A stretch of DNA of 64,000 bases, taken from NCBI GenBank assembly GCA_021613535.1, contig CP075496.1, forward strand, positions 2,790,001-2,854,000. The letters run 5' to 3'. The stretch comes from Adineta vaga. Its lineage: Eukaryota; Animalia; Rotifera. A program made the translations under genes and the position numbers. Positions 26,285 to 38,412 of the stretch are shown piece after piece. How positions within the stretch are numbered: position 1 is the first letter of the stretch; every line of letters begins with the position of its first letter. The notes under the pieces are model-generated. The model did not search any database, was not told where the DNA came from, and saw only the letters and a program-made list of their open reading frames with translations.

Positions 26285-28286
26285 ATGTCATCATCACCAC
26301 CACCACCACCATTGTCAGTTAATAACAATAATAAAAAACCAATACGTGAGTTAAGTTCTATTACTAATCATTTATTAGTAACAAAAACTTTAAATGCATT
26401 GGCAAATAATAATAATAATCAAAATACAGTTCCTCCACCACCACCATCAACATCATCGATCAAAGAAAATATTCCCAATGATCCCAATATAATTCAACAA
26501 CAAAAAGCATTAAATCTTCGATTAGCAGCTGCATTAAAACCAGTTGAGAGAGATAACGTTGCAGCTTTACTTCAATTATATCAAACATTATCTACTCAAA
26601 ATACTAATAATAGTAATAATAATCAGCATAATTTACCTAGTAACGGTCAAAATAATAATACAACTATTAATGAAAATTCATCTTTGGTTAATAATATTTC
26701 GGTTTTAAAACAGCAGAATTCTGCGAAAAGGTATATTTCTTTAAATGAAATAAAGAATAATCCATTTGTTTCTTTTTAGAGCATCATCAATGACATATCT
26801 TTGTCGATTTAATCAACGAAATCGTTTAATTGAAGTTCCATCGACGAGTGAATTTTTCAATCAACAAAATGGCATTTCTCATGAACACCTCAAACAATTA
26901 ATTAGTAAATAAAAAAGTCAGTTATATTTTCATCTATCCGCTCAATTTCCATTTAGTTCAAGAATATCAAATTCCAAAATTACCATTGATTATACAAATT
27001 TGGAATGAACAATATCAAGAATATATCGATATTGAATCCTACAAGAAGATTCCTGTTGATGGACGTATACAAGTATTAATGTAAGTTAATGAAAAGGAAA
27101 ATAGTTTCCATGTCATATATTGTATCCAATCTCGTGTTAATTGATATATTTCAAGCGAATATTGGATAGACAGATTAATCATGCATAGAAAAATTATGAA
27201 CACTGTCAAATTGAATTAGAAGTTGAGGTCATTGATCGGGTGTATCTTTGAAAAGAAGCATTGTCTTATAAATTAGACGTAAAGAAAGTAATAATGAATG
27301 AATGTTGTTTTTTCTAGTGAAAAAGATATTAATTCAATTGCGAATTCACCATCCGTGGTATCAAAGAGTCCGACAACACCATTATCTTCAAATACGATCA
27401 CAACGGTGACTCGTTCAATTACTCCTATACCATTACAAACAATACCCGGTGATAATTTACATGATGATGAATTACCGCCAAAATCTTCTTTTGATGATTC
27501 AATGAATACGTAAGCGATTATTGATTCATAGTGAAACAGAGATGATTGAATTTGCTTTTTTAGAGTTTCACCAATGCAACAAATCGATAATTCTGCTCAT
27601 TCACAACAGGGTTTGATGTATGATCTTTTACCAAAACCGAGTGATGGTATTCCTATACCACGTTTTCCACCGCATATCGCTGCATTTTTGAATGGTAATG
27701 GTGATGCTAATCAATTGAATGCACTTGTTCAAGCTCTTTATCAAGAAATTGTCAAATATGAACTGTAATTTTTTTAATTTTCAATTGCTGTTTTCTTATG
27801 CTTTTCTTCTTGTTTAGTTATCCAAATGCTGATGAACTACGTTCGATAGTTAGTCGTCTTGTTGATCGTCATCCTAATAGTTTATCTGTTATTGGTAGTA
27901 TTGAATTGTTAGTGCGAAAACTATATTATAAATTTTGTAATGAACGAAAGAAATATCCCGTGGAATTAAAACGTCGTCAACCAAATAAACGTAAACGTTT
28001 AACACGTGATGAAGATTTGAATAATATATCACAAGGTCGAAATAGTAATACAATGAATGATCTCGATCGTTTAATGCATTTATGGACAGCAACAAATGAT
28101 TTGAAAGATTCAAATCTTCAACAGCAACAACAACATTCACCATCGGGTTCATCTTCCGGTTCATCATCACCTATATCCAATCGTGAAACAGCTGTGAAAC
28201 ATGAACCAATGGATGAATGTCCAAAATATCATCCATTAAATTTATCAGTTGGAAATAATAATGCTAATCTTATCTGTAGTGAATAG
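26285..28286 (+). CDS. Nuclear protein with a ubiquitin/PB1-like domain, a SAMD3-like helical domain, an NLS and a PLNLS motif (6 exons)
   Basis: Exons join in frame: YLCRFNQRNRLIEVP...IIQIWNEQYQEYIDI...GRIQVLI, then IPRFP...YPNADELRSIVSRLVDRHP...KLYYKFCNERKK, then KRRQPNKRKR, VKHE and PLNLS. The CDS is secure; the domain naming is inference. Confidence 0.8.
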
Positions 28287-30707
28287 GTGTACTTTTGTAT
28301 TGTTTTGACATAGATGATTTTTTTGTCTTGTTTTCTTTCTCCTCTTTTGTGATTTGTTCTGTATATGATTGTGTTGTTTCATCTGATATATGTGCGTGTA
28401 TCTATTTGTGTATTATTTCCCGTGATCTTCTTACAATTGTTTACTATTGCTAAAATATCTTGATTCTAATAATAGATTTCTACAAGTTATGTGTTTGTCG
28501 GTATCAATTCAAAAATGTTTCATTTGTATTCTTTAAACAGAATAGATCATTGATTCGTGAGAACGGATTCAAAGTAGATTGAAACACTTGTTTAGAATGT
28601 ATTCAAGATTGACGTTTTAATGTACGTATAAGTAGATCAATCTACTTCCATCTTGTCTTTTAAAGCCTGAAGGAAGCATTGTGTCAATGAATTTTTGAGG
28701 AAAAAAATACTTCCTAGTCGACGTGATGTTGTTTTTTGTTTAACGCGTCAGAGGAAGATTATTGAATAGCTATTAATTTAGAGCGCGGAAATATAGTCTG
28801 TCTGGGGAGGATGTTGTGAAGCAATGAAGTGATAATCATATATGACGTTCAAATGTATGGAAAACTGTAAATATGGTGGCAACAGATCGATGAATATATA
28901 GATACTTCGTTGTAGTTGTTGATATGAATTCGACTGAATGAGAATTGTAAGAGCACTGAATAGATACATGATATTTAAGTGAGGTTTAAGATGATTTTCC
29001 CTGAGAAAAATTTTCTATATTTAGGTAGTAATTTACAAATGAATGGCGAAGTTTATTGGTAGGATCTTAAAATAACCTTCTCATGGAAATCTGATGTTCT
29101 CATTTCTTGCAAAAACTTTATTCAGACATACTTTTTTTTACATACGTCAATGAATAAGCTTATCTGAACATGATATCTGAGTTATTTCAAGAATTAAAAT
29201 ATGTTTTCTTTCTTGTTATATTATGCTCATCTGTTTTCTCTCATTCGTAGGAGGTTAACCGAAATGTCAAAATTATTTTCTAAAACGAGCAGTCAACAAT
29301 AATAATGAATAACATCTAAACTACACTCTCTTTCAATAATTGTCTGACTTATTTCACATTTTTTGCACGTATCTTAGACGGAAATGTATAATTGTCAAAA
29401 AATTTTCCTTAATAAAAAGAGAAAGAAAACCGAAGAATATTTCTATTTTATCATTGATAAAACAAAATGGCATTTTCTTTCATTTCTACTTCCCCTCTAT
29501 GATTATTCTTTCGTGCATGTGTTTCATTTGAGAAAAGGTGTTAGAATTACAGGAATAGAGTGTAAAAGAATAGTTAGTATTTTCTTGAAATTTCCATTCC
29601 ATCGACGTAAACAGACTAATCATTAACTAATCAAGTGTTTATAAATATAGAACTAATTTTGAAACAAAAGAAAAATCATTCTTTTAAAATAAATGCAAAA
29701 CATGAGAAAGAAACTAGAAGAATAGTTGTCTATTTCATCAATTGTACAATATGACTTTAATTATGAGACAAATATGTGATTATCTATATTCGTATATTAT
29801 TAAATCTTGAAGATCATCCAGATTTCTTTTCTTTTCGTTAAATTTATGATCAACTAGTGTCATTCGAGATTATATATATCTGGTAGGTCGATAAAACGTC
29901 AGGAATGTATTGACATACTTTTTTTTTTGAACTTTTTCCCTCGAGATTCTTTCTATTTCTTATGAAATTCATCTATCGAACATTTAATCACATCTGTTAT
30001 TGTCTTTATAACATTTACTTTTTCTATAATGAAATAGTAATAGTCGTGAACTTGAAACAAAGAATAATGGAAACAATATTATCTAGTTTGGATTATTCAA
30101 TCTAACAATAAAATAAATTTAAAAATTTTCATAAGACTTATGTTCCGAATAGATTAGTTGAATAAATATCTCATAAATATTTATTGAGAAAAAAAAGTAG
30201 AATCTTTTTCATCTGTTTTATTTCTTTCAATTGTCTATTTAGAATTGATAATTTAATGAATAATTCTTTTCCACAAAAGCTCTCCTTTTATATGAGATAG
30301 AAGAGTAATTCTCTTATTTATCATCATTACGATCTTGTTACATTGTGTGATAATGTGTGAATAGGCACTAAGAAAAGACATGATATATTTATATGAATGA
30401 TCTAGAGATCAGGATGTAATTTACATAAAGACACTGCTCTTTTAAACTTGCTTGTTTTGGTTTTTTTCTAATACAAAGAACGATTCTATCTTTCTCTTTC
30501 TCTTTCGTCGTCACTCGAGTCTTATTTAGCTCGCTCTGTGTAAATATTTAAGGTCATTTTTCCTTTTTCTTTTTCTTATGAAGCACTAGTAAATGTCTAA
30601 GATAATTAATAGTTCGATAAAATACAGCGAACAAAACCCCCATCTTTTAATGTAATTACATATGATTTTGCTACTGTTTCGTGTAGATACAGTGAATTGA
30701 ACGAATT

Positions 30708-32301
30708 ATGAATTTAACAAACGTGACAAGTTTTTTCCATGATGAATCTTCATTAAGTAATCCTTGTCCTCGGCAACGACATATAACTCGACCATTATTA
30801 TTTGTTCATAATTATTCATTATTTTTCTTTGGTTCAATATTTAATTTTCTTGCTTTTATTATTCTTATGCAACGTTCATTAAGATGTCATTCTACATTTG
30901 CTTATCTAGCTTTTTTATCTCTATCGAATGGTTTATTATCTTTAGTACATTTTTCCAAATGGATGTTGAAATATTATTTCAATTTCTTATCAGAACATGT
31001 TCTTTTCACATGTCGATTTCATCGATTTTTTTCCGATTTTTTAACTCATTTTAGTTTATTTACATTAATATGTGTGAATATCGATCGCGCTCGAACAGTG
31101 ACAAAAACTCGTCCAAATCAAAAACATCCTAAATCAAAATTTCGATTGGTTTTAATCAAAGAATTACTTGCTGCAAGTCTTTTATGTGCATTTCATTTTC
31201 ATTGGATTATTAAATATGGTTATGAATGTAAGAAATTTGACAAAAAAACAGCATCTCTTTAGAAAATGATTTTCTTTTCGTTTCAATTTAGATTCTATTG
31301 GTGAGAAAACGTTTGCAGAATGTGGATTCAACGAAAATCAAGGATTAACTATTTATTATTATCTTCTTACAATAATTTATCCTCCATTTGAATTAGCTTT
31401 CTTCTTTTGTCTTCCTCTATTGATTAATATCTTTTGTACAATACTTATTGTACGAAGTTTAAGTATTCGAATGCGTACAGCTCAACAATTTCATTCAATT
31501 CATAAAGAAAATTCTCAAAAGAAATCTCATAATATTCTTTCCTATTTTCTTCCAAAAACAACAAGTCATACAAATGTTCATTCATGTCTTTGTTTTAAAA
31601 TGCAATGTCGACGACATACACGTTTAAGATTAAAAATTGGTCGTAGTACACGAAGTTTAGTTAAATATCAGAAAGAAAATCAAAAAATTCAACAAGAAAA
31701 ATCGTTAATTATTTCTACACACATCTCTCAAGACAATCAATCACAGAATATATCTCGAATAAAACCGACTATTTTAACGAAAAAACATCGAACAAGACGA
31801 TCACGCGATATTCATCTATCTGCTATGTTAATTGGTTTGAATATACTTTATTTAATATTAAATTTACCATTTAATTTACATCAAACATTCGCAAAATATT
31901 TCTATCGACCACATTCTGATCAATGTGGTATTTTATTTACAAGTTTATTACTCGATGCTTTACAACAAACATTCTTTTCGACGAATTTTTTTCTTTATGT
32001 TCTAACAAATCGACGTTTTCGAGAAGAATTCTATATTACAATCATGAAAATTCTATCGCATTGTAAACGAAAACCTTCGCAAAAGATTTCTAAACGTTCG
32101 CAGACAAAAGCTCGATCACGAATATCAAGTTTAAATCTATCAACAATTATTTCAACGAATCAAATAGGTGACAATCAAATGACATCAGTTTTAACTAATC
32201 CTAATCGTGATAGTCTTCTATCCGATCTTGAAATAACAATTATGTCACCCAATCAACGACAAACACTTCAGTCATTAGATGAAACGAATTCGAATAAATG
32301 A
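30708..32301 (+). CDS. Class A (rhodopsin-like) orphan GPCR, 2 exons (intron 31228-31291)
   Basis: Seven hydrophobic segments; GSIFN (TM1), YLAFLSLSN (TM2), Cys before TM3, IDRA (DRY-like), LNLP (TM6), STNFFLY..TNRRFR (TM7/helix 8). Confidence 0.9.
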
Positions 32302-32760
32302 TAGATTCATATGTTTGTTCTTCAATTGTTACTTGTGAATATCTTTATTTGTTTTGTATGTATGAATATTTCAAATAAAAAGAATTCAAAATTAGTCTAT
32401 CTAAATATCTCAAGAGATTATCTTCTGTACTCTCAAAAGTTATTATTAACATTAATTCTAATCTCGTATCCAAGAAAATCTTGTCTGTTAATCAACGTCC
32501 TTTAAATATTTATATGTCCAAGGATATAACCTTGATTTACTGTTAAGATGAAATATATTCAACAACAACATCAATTTTGTCCTTGTTTCTTTCGTCATAT
32601 AACATAAAATGATCAGTGAATTGCATAATAAAATGAATAAATGTAATGGAACATGAAGAGAGAGAGCGAGAGAGAAAGAAAAAACGTCAAGAGAACGATT
32701 TATATAATTTAGAGAGAAGCAAAAGAAAAAAGAGTTTTTGAATCATTGTATCGATTGATT

Positions 32761-32994
32761 ATGGCGGATAAAGCTCATTTAATTTGGCAAATATTTGAAA
32801 CAATTGACAAAAATGATAATGGTCAAATGTTATGGAATTTACTTGATCAAATAAATACAACAAATGATGGCATTGTTTATATGACATATGGAAATCAAAC
32901 ACCACAAACATTAGCAGAAGAATTTCATCGTCAACATTTAGTTAAATTAATTCAACTTCATCAAAAACTAATCTTTCATCGAGCACAATTTTAA
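32761..32994 (+). CDS. 77-aa small protein with an ankyrin-like repeat
   Basis: MADKAHLIWQIFETIDKNDNGQ...GNQTPQTLAEEFHRQHLVKLI resembles the ankyrin consensus G.TPL.LA...H..IV.LL. Codon usage matches real genes here. Confidence 0.5.
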   Translation: MADKAHLIWQIFETIDKNDNGQMLWNLLDQINTTNDGIVYMTYGNQTPQTLAEEFHRQHLVKLIQLHQKLIFHRAQF

Positions 32995-34391
32995 TTCGAA
33001 TATTTGATTAAAATAATAAAAAAGAAGACAGAAGAAATTCAATCTTAGGTTTATGTAATTTAAGAAGAAAACCACCTACAAAGATATAGATTATCTTCAG
33101 ATAAATATAGGAATCATCATTTGATCTGTGATAATTAAATATTCTTCGTGCTTGAGAATCTTTCATTCATTCGACGAAATATCGTGCATCTTCAATACTT
33201 TCATTTTCCGTCGTAGATCTCTCTAGTTTCTCATTATTAATTAAATTCTTTTGAAATAGTATCAATCAAACAGAAATCATATACCTGGCAATATTTCACT
33301 CGATTCTTTTAGAACAAAATTAATGTACTTTAATAGGAAATAATAGCTAATAAATTGTTTCCGCTATTATACTCATTTCTTTTCTTTTTCGAGTTGAAAT
33401 TTAAAAAGTATATAGTTCTTGGCATTTATAAAAGAAAATGGTAGAAATATTTTAAAGATTACATTTAAACTTGTTTGGTTTCCTTAGGTTGAACAAGTAT
33501 ATCTGATGTTATAAGTATTGACAGATGACTTAGATGTAGTTACTCAGCGTAGAATAATATAATTCCATTTGAACAAAATAGAATAATCTTTAAGTAAAAT
33601 ATCCGTTCTCGTAGACTATTCAATAGTTAAGAAGTATTTTCTCTTTTAATTATAAATGTCTGATGCTATCATGAAGATGAACTGCTTTAAATAAATTATT
33701 TTCATTTCTCTATTGTAATACTAAAAGAACAAGTCTAGTGCAAAGCACTCGATAACTTTATCAAGGATCGTTCAATAGAAATATTATATCGATATAGAAA
33801 ATAAAAGATATTTGTCATCAATAATAACAAACTTGTACTTCGACATCTTCTCTCAAAAAGAACATAATTGTAGTTAGGTCACTTAACTATAGTGACCCTT
33901 TTCGTAAAGTGTGAATCATTTGGAGTAATCAATATTCTTTGGAGAAATGAATAACTAGTCGACTACTCTTTAAAAGCATTTTATTCGATGGAAACTCATT
34001 GTTTTAATCTCATGTGTAATTAGAACTTGTCTAATACAAAAATATACTTGTGATATTCTTTTTGATTTCGTACATATGGGACTATCCCTCGATTATTGAT
34101 TGATTGAAATGTTGTGAAATAAGATGACATCATGTTACTCTAACGACATCTATCTAAAAATATTTTTAAAACCTAATAAGAAAAAATTATCGTATTTGAA
34201 ATTAAAAAAATTGAAATGACTTACGTTAGGAATGGTATGAAATATTTAATAGAATCATTGATATATGAATGGTTATATTTCTATTCAATAAGTAATGATT
34301 AAAACGTGTTCATTACATATTTAACTATTCATTTTTCATCATTAGATTTCTACTCTTACATCAATCAATACTTTGAAATAATTCCATAAAA

Positions 34392-35757
34392 ATGCCACGT
34401 GAAGATCGTGAACCAGATGAATTGTTTGAAATTCGTACTAATTTCTATACAGGCAGTTACCAACAGGTTATCAATGAGGCAACCAAATTAAAAGTCTGTT
34501 TTTTTTTGTGTTATTCTTTTGATTATTTCATTTAGTTTTTTTTATCGATTTAGGTTCCGCAAAATTTACAAACTGAAAAAGATCTCTTCATGTATCGATC
34601 TTATATAGCTCAGAAAAAATATGGTGTAGTTCTCGATGAAATTCGTCCGAATTCATCTCAAGAGGAATTGATTGCCGTTCGATTATTAGCGGAATTTCTT
34701 TCCAATGAATCTAAACGGTATCTATCTATTTTGAATAATTATATATACGAATTACTAAGAAATTTCTATTTAATTTTTAGTGATAATATTCTTCGTGATC
34801 TTGATAGTAAGATGGGTGGAAATGTTAAAAATTCATTTTGTTTATTAATGACAGGTTATATGTATTATCTTAGTGAAGTAATTGAATGAAATAGAAAAAA
34901 AATGATTTTTCTTTTAAATTAAATCTATTTTCTTTAGAATTATGAAAGTACTTTGAAAGTTTTACATAATGCTGATTCATTAGAATGGTAATTGAGTAAA
35001 TAATTTATAGGATTAAGTGAGATTTATTCTATTTTAGTTGTGCATTAACGATTGAAGCTTTATTAAAACTGGAACGACTTGATTTAGCAAAGTATGTATT
35101 TCATTATGATAAAACTCTTGATCTCATATTTTGATTTGATGCTTTAGAAAAGAATTGAAACGAATGACAGAAATTGATGAAGATTCAGTTTTAACTCAAT
35201 TATCAACTGCATGGGTTAATATTGCTATTGTATGTTATTCAAATATTGTTCTTTTAAACATTTATCTAATTTCATATATTATAGGGTTCAGAAAAATTAC
35301 AAGAAGCTTATTATATCTTTCAAGAATTAGCCGATAAACATACAGTAACACCTTTACTTTTAAATGGTCAAGCTGTTTGTCATATAGCACAAGGAAAATA
35401 TGAAGACGCTCAAACTACACTTCAAGAAGCTCTTGATCGAGTAAAATTTCTCATCTATGCATGGATTATTAAAAAAAAACATTTCTATTATTTAGGATAG
35501 CAATGATCCTCAAACATTGATTAATTTAATTGTTTTATCTCAATTAACTGCTAAACCAACGGAAGTTTCAAATCGTTATATATCTCAAATGAAAGATTCA
35601 CATGGCAATCATTCATTTGTTAAAGATTTAGCTAATAAAGTATGACAAACAACTGAAATGATAAAAAAATTCTCTTTTATCTCATTCTTCTTTTGTGTTT
35701 CAGGCAAATGAACTTGATCGTCTTGTTCGTAATTATCAGCCATCTGTACCATCATAA
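34392..35757 (+). CDS. COPE: Coatomer subunit epsilon, multi-exon
   Basis: Motifs [76 protein letters not shown] and [11 protein letters not shown]. Confidence 0.95.
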
Positions 35758-36038
35758 ACTAAAACTCGTTTTTTTCCTATGATCAAAAACAATAGAAAGA
35801 CATTTTGGGTGTTAAGCATTCTTTATCTTATATTTTATCTGAATTTGTTCGTTTTTTCTTTGTTCGAAGTAAAAAAATTCTTATTCATCGTCTAGATTTC
35901 ATCATGATTGTTTCTTTATCAGAACAAAAAAAAACAATAGTTTTCCTTAATCGAAAATAAAACAAAAAGATTTGCTTGGGATGAATGTTATCATCAATCG
36001 AATATATTGTGATTTTCACATCGTTTCTTTGTAGATCA

Positions 36039-37091
36039 ATGCCGATCACAGTTATAGGTTTTGAAGGTAGTGCGAATAAAATTGGTATTGGAATCATTCG
36101 TGATGGTGTAGTTCTTTCTAATCCACGTCATACATATATCACACCACCAGGTGAAGGTTTTCGACCAAATTTAACAGCCAAACATCATCAATCAGTTATA
36201 TTAGATTTATTAGATAGAGCATTAAAAGAAGCAAACATTGTATCGCTTGCAGATATCGATGCTTTTTGTTTTACAAAAGGTCCTGGTATGGGTGCACCAT
36301 TAATTGTAGTTGCTACAGTTGTTCGAACACTTGCTCAACTCTATGATAAACCGATTATTGGTGTTAATCATTGTATAGGACATATTGAAATGGGTCGATT
36401 AATAACTCGTGCAAAAAATCCTGTAGTTTTATATGTTAGTGGTGGAAATACACAAATTATTGCTTATTCTGAACATCGCTATCGTATATTTGGTGAAACA
36501 ATTGACATTGCTGTTGGTAATTGTTTAGATCGTTTTGCTCGAATACTAAAACTTTCCAATGATCCAAGTCCTGGTTATAACATCGAACAATTAGCTAAGA
36601 AAGGTCAAAACTATATTCCATTACCTTATACAGTTAAAGGTATGGATGTTTCATTTTCTGGAATCTTAAGTCATATAAAAACGATTATTGTTGGAAATAA
36701 ACAAACACGAAGGAAGAATAATGAACTTCCAACGAATCCATATTCAAATGAAGATCTTTGTTTTTCATTACAAGAAACATTATTTGCTATGTTAGTTGAA
36801 ATAACTGAACGTGCTCTAGCACATGTTGGTTCTGATCAAGTTCTTATCGTAGGTGGAGTTGGATGTAATGTACGTTTACAAGAAATGATGGATTTTATGT
36901 GTAGAGAAAGACAAGCAACTGTATGTGCTATTGATGAACGATATTGTATTGATAATGGTGCGATGATTGCACAAGCGGGTTATGAAATGTTTAATGCCGA
37001 TAAAACACGAAAAGGAATGACATTAGAAGAAACTACTTGTTCACAACGATTTCGTACAGATGCAGTCTATGTTAATTGGAGAGAAGATTAA
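36039..37091 (+). CDS. OSGEP: tRNA N6-adenosine threonylcarbamoyltransferase (Kae1/OSGEP), intronless CDS
   Basis: Motifs [53 protein letters not shown] and QRFRTD. The start is set at MPITVIG. Confidence 0.97.
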   Translation: MPITVIGFEGSANKIGIGIIRDGVVLSNPRHTYITPPGEGFRPNLTAKHHQSVILDLLDRALKEANIVSLADIDAFCFTKGPGMGAPLIVVATVVRTLAQLYDKPIIGVNHCIGHIEMGRLITRAKNPVVLYVSGGNTQIIAYSEHRYRIFGETIDIAVGNCLDRFARILKLSNDPSPGYNIEQLAKKGQNYIPLPYTVKGMDVSFSGILSHIKTIIVGNKQTRRKNNELPTNPYSNEDLCFSLQETLFAMLVEITERALAHVGSDQVLIVGGVGCNVRLQEMMDFMCRERQATVCAIDERYCIDNGAMIAQAGYEMFNADKTRKGMTLEETTCSQRFRTDAVYVNWRED

Positions 37092-37239
37092 ACAAATAAA
37101 CTTCCGAATCCTATGGATTCTTTTCTTTCGAAAATATATTAAATATGTTTTGTTTTGATATTTCTGCTTCTTCTTTTTTTTTAAGATGAATTTCTATAGA
37201 ATTTGATCGATATATTTAGTGATTAGAATAAGAAATAGA

Positions 37240-38157
37240 ATGTCTACAGCTCAACTTCGATATGCTAATCAATTAGAAATAATTCGTAGTGAAGAAAAAG
37301 ATCGTTATATGATCAGTCAATTATCTCAACAATTAGATGAACTTTATACAAAATTATTTGGGTTAAATAATTTCCATATTTATCAATCATATTCACATCG
37401 TTTAAGCGAATTGTTATATTATTTAACAACAACATTGTCAAATCGACAAACAATTGGAGAAGAATATGTTTGTTTAATTCAATATGATCCAAATAAGAAA
37501 CAAATTCCATCGTTTTTTCATCGTTTTTCGATGATTTTTCTTCGAATTTTCGGCGATTTAATATCAAAATATCTTCTTTCATCATGGATAATTCGTCCGA
37601 TAACTGAAGAATATTTCCATCCAAAATTATCATCTCAAACAGTTGAATTACTCGTTCAATTTCTTTTAAAATTTATCGAACGAACACATAAAATATTCTT
37701 CTATCTAACTGGTTCTTATTATAATCTTAGTAAAACATTAACACGTATTCGTTATCTTATTTATACTCGTACAACATCCGATAGTAATTCTATTCATATC
37801 AAACTTAATCGTACAATGAAATTACTTAGTTTATGTCTTTGTATTCAGCATCTAATTGAATCTTATCTTTTATTAAAACAAATTGCTTTATCAATAACAC
37901 AACATCGACAAGAATTAAATCGAACAAATGATGATGAGAAGAAAATTCTTTCTGATGATTCAATATCTTCCATAACTGAATCTATTCGATGTCCATTATG
38001 TTATGAATTTACCGTATCAAATGTTGCACTTATACCAGAATGTGGCCATGTTTTTTGTTGGCAATGTATTCATACCTGGGTAGTAGAAAATCAAACATGT
38101 CCCTTGTGTAAAACAAATACTATGCAATCACGTATTGTTCATTTGATTAATTATTAA
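37240..38157 (+). CDS. PEX10: Peroxisome biogenesis factor 10 (RING peroxin), intronless CDS
   Basis: ANQLEIIRSEEKD; LYYLTTTLSNRQTIGEEY (TLGEEY motif); FYLTGSYYNLSKTLTRIRY; C3HC4 RING CPLC...CGHVFCWQCI...CPLCK. Confidence 0.93.
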   Translation: MSTAQLRYANQLEIIRSEEKDRYMISQLSQQLDELYTKLFGLNNFHIYQSYSHRLSELLYYLTTTLSNRQTIGEEYVCLIQYDPNKKQIPSFFHRFSMIFLRIFGDLISKYLLSSWIIRPITEEYFHPKLSSQTVELLVQFLLKFIERTHKIFFYLTGSYYNLSKTLTRIRYLIYTRTTSDSNSIHIKLNRTMKLLSLCLCIQHLIESYLLLKQIALSITQHRQELNRTNDDEKKILSDDSISSITESIRCPLCYEFTVSNVALIPECGHVFCWQCIHTWVVENQTCPLCKTNTMQSRIVHLINY

Positions 38158-38412
38158 ACCTTTTTTTTTTTAAGAAAATATATATTTGATTGTGAAATTT
38201 TCTTTGTTTCGTTTATTTTTGATGTAATCATTTGCAATATATATTGATATGTTCGAAATAATTTTAGGCAGACAAACTTAGTATTCTAGTCATCGAAAGA
38301 CGTAACATGAATAAATAATTTTCTTTATCAGCATCGATCGATACAGATATTCTAAAAATAGGAAAATTTTACTAAATCAAAATTCATATTTTAGACTTTT
38401 TATAAATGATCT

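Noticed and set aside
33165-33370. Possible two-exon minus-strand fragment (KESSEILP|ERSTTENESIEDARYFVE*)
   Set aside because: The intron looks plausible, but the upstream frame hits a stop, there is no start codon and no recognisable homology.
33877-33897. Hairpin GGTCACT-N7-AGTGACC
   Set aside because: An isolated 7-bp stem is expected by chance in 64 kb.
35985-36038. 18-aa N-terminal extension of OSGEP in the ORF track
   Set aside because: It reads through a pyrimidine tract and acceptor; the conserved protein begins at MPITVIG (36039).
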